A stretch of 63,969 nucleotides of DNA, filler included, from Octopus bimaculoides (GCF_001194135.2; 8 parts of 7 records of this genome joined end to end with filler, not necessarily neighbours in it), one strand, 5' to 3'; shown: positions 11,060 to 22,395, numbered from the whole stretch's first letter. The notes: generated by a model from the letters alone, not told the origin. Numbers and translations are program-made.

Positions 11060-12193
11060 ATATCCTTAATTATAATTATATTCTATATAATTATATATAT
11101 ATCTATAAATGAATTTTACCTAAAAGGTTTTTTATATGCTGGCCAATGATAAAATTCATTAATCTTAAATGATTTTATCTTTCAATTATGTTTAGATGTA
11201 TCTCATTCACTTAGGGGCAGTTTATTTACTTCTGTGCTATTCTGACCAAATACACAGGAGTTGAGGTGGACTACGAACTTCGATTCGTATATATTGTTGG
11301 ATATTTATATATACTCGTGTGGAGGCGCAATGACCCAGTGGTTAGGGCAGCGGACTCGTGGTCAGAGGATCGCGGTTTCGATTCCCAGACCGGGCGTTGT
11401 GTGTGTTTATTGAGGGAAAACACCTAAAGTTCCACGAGGCTCCAGCAAGGGGTGGTGGCAACCCCTGTTGTACTCTTTCACCCCAACTTTCACTCTTTCT
11501 TCCTGTTTCTTGAGGGGGGAGCTGTGCCCAGATGGGGGGGGGGGACACATACGCCATAGAAACCAGGAAACCGGGCCCATGAGCCTGGCTAGGCTTTAAA
11601 AAGGGAGCATAATAAAATATGTACTCATATCTATGCATGTGCATTTGTATGGGTATGTATACATAATTCCATTTGTTATGGATTTATTATACTTATCCAG
11701 ATATTGATCAATCTAGGATTATCCACATTATTTTATGAAATTTTGGTTTGTCCACTTTTCCTACTTTCAACTTGTGCATATTGAAGTGAATCTTTCAGTG
11801 GTTGGACATATCTGACATATCTGGCTTCAGTACACTTAATTATAATTATATTCTATATAATTATATATCTGTATATGAATGTTACTTAAAAGGGTTTTTT
11901 TTATATGCTGGCCACTGATAAAATTCATTAATCTTTAATGATTATATCCTTCAATTATGTTTAGATATATCTCATTTACTTCAGGACAGTTTATTTACTT
12001 AAGTACTACTCTGACCAAATACACGTGTTGAGGTAGATTACAAAATTTGATTCATATATAATTTTGGATATTTATATGTACTTGTATTTATGCGTGCATT
12101 TGTATGGGTATATATACATATTTTCATTTATGTTCAGTATATTCTACTGATGAAGGAAGAGTTATTATACTTATCCAGAAATTGACCAACCAG
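11060..12193 (+). repeat. Tandem duplication of a ~460-480-nt AT-rich unit ending in a hammerhead-like motif; the first unit carries a SINE insertion
   Basis: taattataattatattctatataattatat...ggtttttt..atatgctggcca..gataaaattcattaatctt occurs at ~11068 and ~11837. cttatccagaWattgaYcaa occurs at 11692 and 12170. Confidence 0.88.
11317..11616 (+). mobile_element. Full-length tRNA-derived SINE with ~10-bp target site duplication
   Basis: A-box-like TGACCCAGTGG (11331), B-box-like GGTTTCGATTCCC (11374) and an A-rich end. TSD atatatactc/atatgtactc (11307-16, 11617-26). The empty site is visible in the second tandem unit. Confidence 0.9.
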
Positions 12194-12194
12194 T

Positions 12195-12895
12195 TATTTT
12201 ACTGTGGCTATGCTGGAGCACCGCCTTTAGTCAAACAAATCAACCCCTGGAATTATTCTTCATAGGACTAGTACTTATTCTATAGGTTGCTTTAGCTGAA
12301 GTGCTAAGTTACAGGGCCGTAAACACACCAGCATCAGTTGTCAAGTGAAGGTGGAGGAACAAACAGAGATGCACAAATACACACACATGTAGACGGCTGG
12401 CTTCTTTCAGTTTCTTATTTCTTTATTGCCCACAAGGGGCTAAACATAGAGGAGACAAACAAGGACAGACAAAGGGATTGAGTCGATTACATCAACCCCA
12501 ATGTGTAATCGACCCCAAAAGGATGAAAGGCAAAGTCGACCTCGGCACAATTTGAACTCAGAATGTAACGGCAGACAAAATACCGCTAAGCATTTTACCT
12601 GGCATGCTAACGTTTCTGTCAGCTCGCCACCTTATATTTTGGAGCAACATGAAATAAAGTGTCTTGCTCAAGGACACAATGCGTCGCCAGAAATTGAACT
12701 CATGACCTTATGATCATGAGCCAAATACCCTAACCACTAAGCCATGTGCCTTCTTGAGTTTCTGTCTACCACTCACAATGCTTTCATTGGCCCAAGGCTA
12801 TAGTAGAAGGCACTTGCCCAATGTACCACACAACGAGACTAAACCAGGAACCTTGTGATTGGGAAGCAAGCATCTTACCACACAGCCACTCTTGC
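12195..12895 (-). mobile_element. Nested SINE cluster (family A split by two other SINE-family segments)
   Basis: Family A tail/body 12195-12414 and head 12758-12895 flank inserted pieces (aaaggatgaaaggcaaagtcgacctcggc...; cctaaccactaagcc). gtttct is repeated at both junctions. Confidence 0.75.
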
Positions 12896-13791
12896 ACCTA
12901 TATTACTACATACATACATATATATATATACATATCTGTATCAAAAAATGTATAAACAAATGACATAACTTATACTGAATATAATAACAAACAGGAGACA
13001 AGCAGAAGGTTCATAATTCTTCATCAGTTATCGACCAATTGGTAATATTCAGTTTCACACCTTTATGTGAAGGCTGAATGATGAAATGAGTGCTCAACGC
13101 AAGATTGAAAAAAAAGTTTCGGAAAGCTAACATTTTAAAATTCTTGGGGAAGGGACAGGGTGCCTGCGCCGAGTCTGCCCTTTATAGTTTCTATATTTAA
13201 CCGTGCGTGTATATTCCTATTTTTGCTTCTGTTCTCTTCTACTTCTCTACTCGAAACGTTTACTTTGGAATTTACTTCTATTGAGAAAAAAAATTGTGTG
13301 CATGTTATTTTTAACGTAAGTTTTCTTATGACGGCTTCTGTTGACTGCCTATTACTTCATTAAAAATCTACAGATGCACATACGCACATAATAGAGAAAA
13401 ATGAAACAAATATGGACAACTTGCTCCGAAACACCACCGACTGGGGGAACACTTCTCAAAAATAACCTGCAGTTGTTTCCTTCAAAATTCCTACATGCTC
13501 GAAATGTACATACATCAAGGTATATTTGTAGAAAATTTCACGAAAAAATATTCATTTTCCTGGAAGTTAAAAGGAATTTAAGTGGAATTTCCGAAAATTG
13601 TCCCCCACACCCCTCCCAAAAGATTTTCACGAAACTTTTTGTATATTCGAAATCTACATAATAAATAATATATGCATAGAAAATTTCATTAAAAAATATT
13701 CATTTTTCTGAAAGTTATGACCTTCCAAAGTTGGTGGGTACAACTCTGTAGTTATGCCGTCAATGTTTTGTAAATATACCACGATTTTCAC

Positions 13792-13958
13792 TAGGGTGTT
13801 AGGGCTACGGTTTTAGGGTTACGGTTAAGGTTAGGATTTAGGGTTACGGTTAGGGTTAGGATTAGGGTTAGTATTACGATTTTAGGGTCAGGGTTAGGGT
13901 TTTAGGGTTAGGGTTTAGGGTTAGGATTAGGTTTTGGGTTTTAGGGTTAGGGTTGGGT
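13792..13958 (+). repeat. Degenerate TTAGGG-like tract running toward a ~1-kb gap
   Basis: Repeated ttagggtt, ttaggatt, ttacggtt and tttaggg variants. Confidence 0.85.
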
Positions 13959-14962
13959 AATCGTGCGGGTGTTNNNNNNNNNNNNNNNNNNNNNNNNNNN
14001 NNNNNNNNNNNNNNNNNNNNNNNNNNNNNNNNNNNNNNNNNNNNNNNNNNNNNNNNNNNNNNNNNNNNNNNNNNNNNNNNNNNNNNNNNNNNNNNNNNNN
14101 NNNNNNNNNNNNNNNNNNNNNNNNNNNNNNNNNNNNNNNNNNNNNNNNNNNNNNNNNNNNNNNNNNNNNNNNNNNNNNNNNNNNNNNNNNNNNNNNNNNN
14201 NNNNNNNNNNNNNNNNNNNNNNNNNNNNNNNNNNNNNNNNNNNNNNNNNNNNNNNNNNNNNNNNNNNNNNNNNNNNNNNNNNNNNNNNNNNNNNNNNNNN
14301 NNNNNNNNNNNNNNNNNNNNNNNNNNNNNNNNNNNNNNNNNNNNNNNNNNNNNNNNNNNNNNNNNNNNNNNNNNNNNNNNNNNNNNNNNNNNNNNNNNNN
14401 NNNNNNNNNNNNNNNNNNNNNNNNNNNNNNNNNNNNNNNNNNNNNNNNNNNNNNNNNNNNNNNNNNNNNNNNNNNNNNNNNNNNNNNNNNNNNNNNNNNN
14501 NNNNNNNNNNNNNNNNNNNNNNNNNNNNNNNNNNNNNNNNNNNNNNNNNNNNNNNNNNNNNNNNNNNNNNNNNNNNNNNNNNNNNNNNNNNNNNNNNNNN
14601 NNNNNNNNNNNNNNNNNNNNNNNNNNNNNNNNNNNNNNNNNNNNNNNNNNNNNNNNNNNNNNNNNNNNNNNNNNNNNNNNNNNNNNNNNNNNNNNNNNNN
14701 NNNNNNNNNNNNNNNNNNNNNNNNNNNNNNNNNNNNNNNNNNNNNNNNNNNNNNNNNNNNNNNNNNNNNNNNNNNNNNNNNNNNNNNNNNNNNNNNNNNN
14801 NNNNNNNNNNNNNNNNNNNNNNNNNNNNNNNNNNNNNNNNNNNNNNNNNNNNNNNNNNNNNNNNNNNNNNNNNNNNNNNNNNNNNNNNNNNNNNNNNNNN
14901 NNNNNNNNNNNNNNNNNNNNNNNNNNNNNNNNNNNNNNNNNNNNNNNNNNNNNNNNNNNNNN

Positions 14963-15014
<52 letters not shown>

Positions 15015-15178
15015 CACACACACACACATATATGTATGTATGTATATGTATACATACTTTGAGGTGGATTGACTGAAATGCCTACTATTAGTAAGGGGAA
15101 AATTATATTAAATTGATAAGCAATTTCTTATAAATACTATTACTTAGTACTATAAACATAATTATTATTACTAACAAT

Positions 15179-16100
15179 ATAAATAATATAAATATATATG
15201 CATATATACATACATATATGTACATACTTACATGTATACGTATATACATATGCATATGTGGGCACAGGACATCACAAAATGTAAACAACAAAAAATACGA
15301 AGTATGAGGACATGGAATATAAACTATATTATTATATGATTGAATGCCACGCATCCTTTTCCAAGTAAGTTTTATCTTAATAATTCTGATGCAAATCTCT
15401 ATTCTACCTATTACACCTTGTTTTTTTTCTCTTCCTTTCTCTTATTCTTACCTCCTCTTCTCCCACAATTCTATACTTTTACTCTTTCGTTTTCTCCCTT
15501 CCTTTCTCTTATTATCTTACCTCCTCTTCTCCCACTCTTCTATCCTTTTACTCTTTCATTTTCTCTCTTTTACCTCCCCTTCTCCCTCTCTTTTTTCTCT
15601 CTTATCCTATCTCCAAATCTTTTCCTCTCCCCTTCACAGTTCTCTGTCAATCTCTCTCCCTCATTCATCCTCCTTTGCTCACGTGGCTCCCTCGTGAACA
15701 TTGGCCATTTTTCATTCTTCTCCTAACTTGTGTTTCATTCTTTCTTCCTGTTACAGCTGGACAAGAAAGACGTATTCTTGTCTGTCTCCTGTCCAAGCTT
15801 ATTTCTTCGTGTTTGCCACTACAACCTCATTAGTATTAGAAAAACAGCCGATAACAGATGAAGGGTCGTTCTTTGAGTTGCTTGTCTTGTTTTCCATTTG
15901 TTTCTTTCGTTGTTCGCAAACAAAGTTCATATTCCATGTCCTCGTACTTCGTATTTTTTGTGGTTTACATTTTGTGATGTCCTGTGCCCACATATGCATA
16001 TGTATATACGTAAGTATGTATGTATACGTATGTATATATGCATATATATATATTATTTATATTATTATATGATTGAATGCCACGCGTCCTTTTCCAAGTA
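15179..16100. repeat. Combined inverted + direct repeat (arms 15179-15325 and 15924-16060; direct block 15325-15367 and 16058-16100)
   Basis: catatgtgggcacaggacatcacaaaatgtaaac is the reverse complement of gtttacattttgtgatgtcctgtgcccacatatg. tatattattatatgattgaatgccacgcRtccttttccaagta follows both arms in the same orientation. Confidence 0.88.
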
Positions 16101-16292
16101 TATAAATATATATANNNNNNNNNNNNNNNNNNNNNNNNNNNNNNNNNNNNNNNNNNNNNNNNNNNNNNNNNNNNNNNNNNNNNNNNNNNNNNNNNNNNNN
16201 NNNNNNNNNNNNNNNNNNNNNNNNNNNNNNNNNNNNNNNNNNNNNNNNNNNNNNNNNNNNNNNNNNNNNNNNNNNNNNNNNNNNNNNNNNNN

Positions 16293-16355
<63 letters not shown>

Positions 16356-16451
16356 AATATATATATAATAATATAAATTATATATATACATATATATCTA
16401 TCTTCTTTTACTCTTTTGTTTCAGTCATTTGACTGCAGCCATGCTGGAGCA

Positions 16452-17305
16452 TGTCTATCAGTTGTCGGCTGTCTATCTACTCATTATGAGCATTCAACGG
16501 CAATATGAGTCTTCAATAACAGTTGCTCCAATAGATTCCAAAATAAAATGTAGGATTTATGGGAGGTCAAAATTAGGAACACAAATATGAGAGTGGGGAC
16601 ATACAAGGAAACCAAATGAAAACAAACATGGAGGGTCGTTAGACCAGAACGAGAGGGAAATAGTGAACACTGGGAGAAACATTTTCTTTGAAAAGAGTAA
16701 AGATAGAAGAGAGAAAGAATACATACTGTCCTTTGAATGTCCATGCAGGAAAAAGATGGTCACATGAGGAAAAGAAAGAAGGATGATGGTCAAATGTGAG
16801 CAATGAGAGAGAGAAAAGAGAAAAAGGGGGAGAGAGAGAGACAGATGAAAATACAGTGAAGCAGGAGAAAAAGGGAATTAGAGAAGGATGGGGGAAGTAA
16901 ACTAAAAAGTAGAGATGCATCAAAAAGGTTAAGACAAACTCCCTTTTTCTACCCTTCACAGTTTTCTATCTCTTACTCTCTTACACACTCCCCTATTTTT
17001 CTCTCTTTTTGCTCACATGTGACCATCGTCCATCTTTCTTTTCCTCACGTGACCATCTGTCTTTTCCTGCACAGATGCTCAAAGGAATCTTTTACTTGTT
17101 TCAGTCATGTGACTGCAGCCATGCTGGAGCACCACCTTTTAGTTGAAGAAATCGACCCCAGGACTTATTTTTTGTAAGCCTAGTACTCATTCTATCGGTC
17201 TCTTGAGCCAAACCACTAAGTTACGGGGACGTAAACACAACACCATCAGTTGTCAAGCGATGTTGGAGGACAAACACAGACACACAAACATATACATGCA
17301 CATAC

Positions 17306-17345
<40 letters not shown>

Positions 17346-17770
17346 GACAGGCTTCTTTCAGTTTCTACCAAATCTACTCACAAGGCTTTGGTCGGCCCAA
17401 AGCTATAGTAAAAGACACTTGTCCAAGGTGCCACGCAGTGGGACTGAACCTGGAACCATGTGGTTGGTAAGCAAGCTACTTACCACACAGCCACTCCTGC
17501 ACACGTTTTCTTTCTCTCTTCTATCTTTTCTCTTTTCGAACAAAATATTTCTCCCAGCGTTCACCATTTTCCTCTCATACTGGTCTTACAACCCTCCATG
17601 TTTGTTTTCATTCAGCTTCCTTGTATGTCTCCACTGTCCTGTTCTTTCCCAGCTTTGACCCTCCATAAATCCTAAACTTTATTTTGAAATTTATGGGAGC
17701 AACTGTTTTTGAAGACTAATACTGTTGTTGAATGCTTGAAATGGGGAGTAGAAAGATATCCGGCAACTGA
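16452..17770. repeat. Large fold-back: left arm 16452-16820; right arm 16995-17087 plus 17503-17770, split by a SINE
   Basis: gagcattcaac...gtcttcaaWaacagttgctcc...aaatgaaaacaaacatggaggg... aligns to the reverse complement of the right arm on both sides of the SINE. Confidence 0.85.
17088..17502 (-). mobile_element. Near-complete bipartite SINE (family A head + TA tract + tail module)
   Basis: Reverse complement of gcaggagtggctgtgtggtaagtagcttgcttaccaaccacatgg... plus the tail ...gctccagcatggctgcagtcacatgactgaaacaag. Confidence 0.85.
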
Positions 17771-18030
17771 TGAAGGATCATTCTCTGGGTTTACTTGTCC
17801 TATTTTCCATTTATTTCTCTCATTGTTTGCGTATTTAACTTGTCTGTTTTCGTATTTCATGTTCTTTACATAGTTGGTGACGTTCTGTACCCATATATGC
17901 ATAATATATACATACACACATATATATACACACTCATATATATATACATACATATATATACACATACACACATATATATATACATATATACATACAAATA
18001 TATATATACATACATATATGTACATATACA

Positions 18031-18101
<71 letters not shown>

Positions 18102-18105
<4 letters not shown>

Positions 18106-19162
18106 ACGAACGCCGGAGCACGTAACGACGACAACAGGCAGGGAAGAAATAACACGGACCATACGTTGCGTAGTGAAACTAACTTTTTTTTTACATCATC
18201 AATACAAAACATTGCATAACAACAATTCCATAACACATGTAACAATAGTTTCCAAGCACATATAACAATAGCACATGTAACAATAGCACATGTAACAACA
18301 GTCTCCAAGCATTTAACATAATCAAAAGGTTACAATCAAAGTTTGTACATCAAGTCAATTAAAAGTTCTTTTACTTCTTTGTTTTTCTTTTCTTTGAACA
18401 CGTAACAACAAAGTTCTCTCTTTTCTTTTCAACCATTTAACAAGAGTTGGCAAAGTTCTTTCTTTTCAACCAGTTAACAAAATCTCTTTTTCTTTTAAAA
18501 GATGTAACAACAAAGTACATTTTTCTTTGAAGAATATTTAAACAAACGTTTACTGTAACCAATTCAAAACTCCCACTACAATCCACAAGAAGTGACCAAC
18601 GTAGTCTACTATAATCTTTTTGCCTGCCACAACAGTTCCATCTCTCTGTCCCTCTCTCTCTCAGACTCTATCCATTTCTGCTGACTGGTAACTTCTGACC
18701 ATAGCCTCTCTCTCTTAGCCTCTTTCTGTCAGCCTCTCTGTTCATCTTGCTTCTTCACTCATTGCTGGCCGTCACATACTGGTTCTTCACTGGCTGACCG
18801 CTGTACATCGACTACCCTGTCCATCTGGCTGCTCTGTTTACATCAAACCGCGCTTACACCAACTGCTGTATGCCAACTGCCCTGTCCCAAAACTATGCTC
18901 CCGTATTTATGAGAGATACCGTACCCAACAGTGCTATGTTACCCCCTCCCAAAGCTGGGTCAGTTTAGTACAGTTCCTAACTTGTTTTTCTAAACTTTCG
19001 GTGACCGGAAAGGGTCCCCGATCATACTCCTACGCTAAAAATAACTGTGCTTGTTGACAGGACAAAAGAAATACCATTGTCCTCAACAACCAGAATACGG
19101 TTTCAAACTCAGGTCGGGGAATAGGGACATAAGATTATTATGTTTTTCGGCGGTCCGTATCA
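18102..19162 (-). mobile_element. Probable solo LTR (Gypsy-like) inserted in a (TA)n tract
   Basis: 1061 bp with TG...CA termini and imperfect terminal inverted repeats (TGTTACGAACGCCGG vs TGATACGGACCGCCG). 4-bp ATAT flanks, a TATA-like CATAAATA on the minus strand and no ORF. Confidence 0.65.
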
Positions 19163-19175
19163 ATATATATATATA

Positions 19176-19275
19176 NNNNNNNNNNNNNNNNNNNNNNNNN
19201 NNNNNNNNNNNNNNNNNNNTTAATTAATTAANNNNNNNNNNNNNNNNNNNNNNNNNNNNNNNNNNNNNNNNNNNN
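19176..19275. other. Artificial 100-bp spacer N44-TTAATTAATTAA-N44 (also 32085-32184, 47076-47175, 51462-51561, 57165-57264, 59111-59210, 62794-62893)
   Basis: The same 12-mer, with stop codons in all six frames, is centred in seven identically sized N runs. Confidence 0.95.
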
Positions 19276-19371
19276 CGCTCGATCACTCTCTCGCTCGATC
19301 ACTCTCTCGCTCGATCACTCTCTCGCTCGATCACTCTCTCGCTCGATCACTCTCTCGCTCGATCACTCTCT
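19276..19371. repeat. Minisatellite, 6 x 16 bp (CGCTCGATCACTCTCT)
   Basis: Six perfect tandem copies read directly. Confidence 0.95.
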
Positions 19372-20076
19372 CTCTCACTCTCTCTCTCACTCTCTCTCTT
19401 TCTCACTCTCTCACTCTCAATCTCCCCCCCTCTCTTTCTCTCTTCTCTGCTATATACTTCATCTCTCATTTCTTCCCTGCTTTTCACACTATCTGTGTGA
19501 CTATTTACCTCATCCTCGCTCTCTCTCTCCCTGTCTCTCCGTCTCTCTCTCTCTCTCTCTTTCCCTCTCTCACTTCTTGACTTTCAGTCTATTTGCTTGT
19601 CTGTCTGTCTGCCTGTCTGTTTGCTAATTAGTCTCTCTCTCGCTTTCTCTCTCTCTCTCGCTTTCTGTCTCTCTCTCGCTTTCTGTCTCTCTCTCGCTTT
19701 CTGTCTCTCTCTCGCTTTCTGTCTCTCTCTCGCTTTCTCTCTCTCTCTCGCTNNNNNNNNNNNNNNNNNNNNNNNNNNNNNNNNNNNNNNNNNNNNNNNN
19801 NNNNNNNNNNNNNNNNNNNNNNNNNNNNNNNNNNNNNNNNNNNNNNNNNNNNNNNNNNNNNNNNNNNNNNNNNNNNNNNNNNNNNNNNNNNNNNNNNNNN
19901 NNNNNNNNNNNNNNNNNNNNNNNNNNNNNNNNNNNNNNNNNNNNNNNNNNNNNNNNNNNNNNNNNNNNNNNNNNNNNNNNNNNNNNNNNNNNNNNNNNNN
20001 NNNNNNNNNNNNNNNNNNNNNNNNNNNNNNNNNNNNNNNNNNNNNNNNNNNNNNNNNNNNNNNNNNNNNNNNNNNN

Positions 20077-20142
<66 letters not shown>

Positions 20143-20662
20143 TATCTCCTCATGGCTTTCTCTCTGTCTGTCACTCACTCTCTCTATTCGCAAATGTATA
20201 CCTCATCCTCTCTCTCTCACTCTCTTTTTCTTGAAGCTTTCACCCTCATTATATTTCTCCCTCTCTTTTCCACTCTCTTTCTATCTCTCCTTTAGACCTT
20301 CATTCACTTTTAGACTCTATAAACTCTCACTCGCTCTCCCTCTCTCTTTCTCCCGCTCTCTTTCTCCCTCTCTCTGTATTCTAAGCTTTCATTCTCTAAC
20401 TTCTATTCACTCTCTCTCAAACTATCTCTCTGTTTCCCCCCCTCTCTCTCTCTCTTCCTCCCTCTTCCCTCCTCTATTGAGTTTTTGTTCATCTCTCACA
20501 TTCTCTATCCGGGTTTGTAAACAAACAGCCAAATATCTTTCAAATCCGTATCATTGTCTTACACCATTATCCGGGTAAATATCGGCCAAGATATTTCCCG
20601 GGATGTCTATCAATGAATCTATACCGAACAAAAAACAAAATTGAAGCTGAATATATAAACAA

Positions 20663-21145
20663 ATCATCCTCATCATCATCATCGTTCAACGTCCGCTTTC
20701 TTTGCTAGCATGGGTTGGACGATTTGACTGAGAACTGGTGACCCAGATGGCCACACCAGGCTCCAATCTGATTTGGCAGAGTTTCTACAGCTGAGTACCC
20801 TTCCTAGCGCCAACCACTCCGAGAGTGTAGTGGGTGCTTTTACGTGCCACCGGCATGAAGGCCAGTCAGGCGGTACTGGCAACAGCCACGCTCAAAATGG
20901 TGTATTTTACATGCCACCTGCACAGGAGCCAGTCCAGCGGCACTGGCAACGATCTCGCTCGAATGTCTTTACATGTGCCCCGGCACAAGTGCCAGGAAGG
21001 CGACGGTGCCATCACAATTTCGCTTTCGCTTGCCCCAACAGGTCTTCACAAGCCGAGTTTCATGTCCAATGAAGGAAACGACTTTGGCATGGGTGGCAGT
21101 CGTCGAGTTTAGTTCGATTTCCATTTCACTTGCCTCAACAAGTCT
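20663..21145 (-). mobile_element. 3' UTR-only copy of the RTE-like LINE at 4533-6150
   Basis: Collinear with 4533-5105 (aacgtccgctttc...gctagcatgggttggacgat...cacttgcctcaaca) and has a (GAT)n tail. Confidence 0.9.
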
Positions 21146-22395
21146 TCAAGGATGATCTGGAACTCGACTGACGATAGAAGTCCTTGTTTTTTCCCTGCCC
21201 TTCTTGGTATCGTCTGACTGTCTGGATGTTTTGTTGTCGTCTGTTACGTTCTTGTTCCATTTTTTTTGTTTTGTTTTGCTTTTTATATTTATATACATAT
21301 AGCGGCGTACGTACACTGTTGGCCTCCTGTATGGAAGTATATATATATATATATACATATATATAAACAATATATGAGTATATGCATATATATGTACATT
21401 ATGTACATACCTTCATTTACATGTACATATAGATACATAACTGGGTACATGACGTGGCAAAAGAACATGGACAAAATGATAAGCAAGGTACAACAAACAA
21501 GCAAGCCACATAGAAACATCTCCTTCATTAGCTGCCACCATTAAAACACCGGCGTTTCGAAGAATTAAGGCAGTACGCATCGTTGAAATGGTTTTTCACA
21601 CGAACACAAATTAAATTATTTTCGTGGAGGGTNNNNNNNNNNNNNNNNNNNNNNNNNNNNNNNNNNNNNNNNNNNNNNNNNNNNNNNNNNNNNNNNNNNN
21701 NNNNNNNNNNNNNNNNNNNNNNNNNNNNNNNNNNNNNNNNNNNCTGTACGACTCTTTTACTCCTTTTCACACTTTCTTCTTTCTTCCCTCTTTTCTTTTT
21801 CTCGCTCGCCTTTTCTCACATTTCTTGACCTTCCCTTCATTCTCATCGGTTTTCCCCTCTTTTAACTCCCTTGTACCTTTCTCTATGTCCATTTACTTTC
21901 CTCCTCTCTCTTCCTCGTTCCTCCCAAATTCTTCAATCCCTCTTCCCTCCCACCTCTCCTCTCCTTCCACAAGACTGGTGTACTGCCAAACCTGACCTTT
22001 CTTTCTTGGTTCGACTTCCATCCGTGTAGCATCTCTTATATTCCTTCCTATGACTTTCATCCCTTATCTTCCTGCCGTAAGTCTTCACTCCACACACGCC
22101 AGCTTAATTTCATTCGTCTTTTGTCGAAAGACACGTGTTGTTATTGTCTTGTTTGTACTTGTAATTGTATAACATCTCTCGGTTTTTTTTTTCTTTGTCC
22201 TTCTTTTCGTATACATTCGCTTGCATTCTTCCAAAAAATCTAGTGCTTTTAGCTTAGATTTTCTTGGGACCAGCCAGATTGGAGTAGTCTCGAGTCTAAC
22301 CGGCCGAAACTGCAGGGATGATCTGGAACTCGACTGACGATAGAAGGCACCGAATGACCCGTCCTTGTTTTTTCCTGTCCTTTGTATCGTCTACA
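21143..22395 (+). repeat. Direct repeat pair (21143-21215 and 22313-22393), PLE pseudo-LTR-like
   Basis: ggatgatctggaactcgactgacgatagaag...tccttgtttttYcctgYccTT..gtatcgtct occurs twice, ~1170 nt apart. Confidence 0.8.

Noticed and set aside
11321-11390. tRNA gene
   Set aside because: A/B boxes belong to a SINE head, with no complete cloverleaf and followed by SINE body and TSD.
13792-13973. True chromosome end
   Set aside because: Repeats are highly degenerate, end in non-telomeric sequence before the gap, and scaffold sequence continues.
17765-17800. CTGATGAAGG in a thrice-repeated family (15856, 17766, 24833)
   Set aside because: No GAAA box follows in any copy.
19276-19371. CRISPR-like array
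   Set aside because: Contiguous tandem repeats without spacers in eukaryotic DNA.
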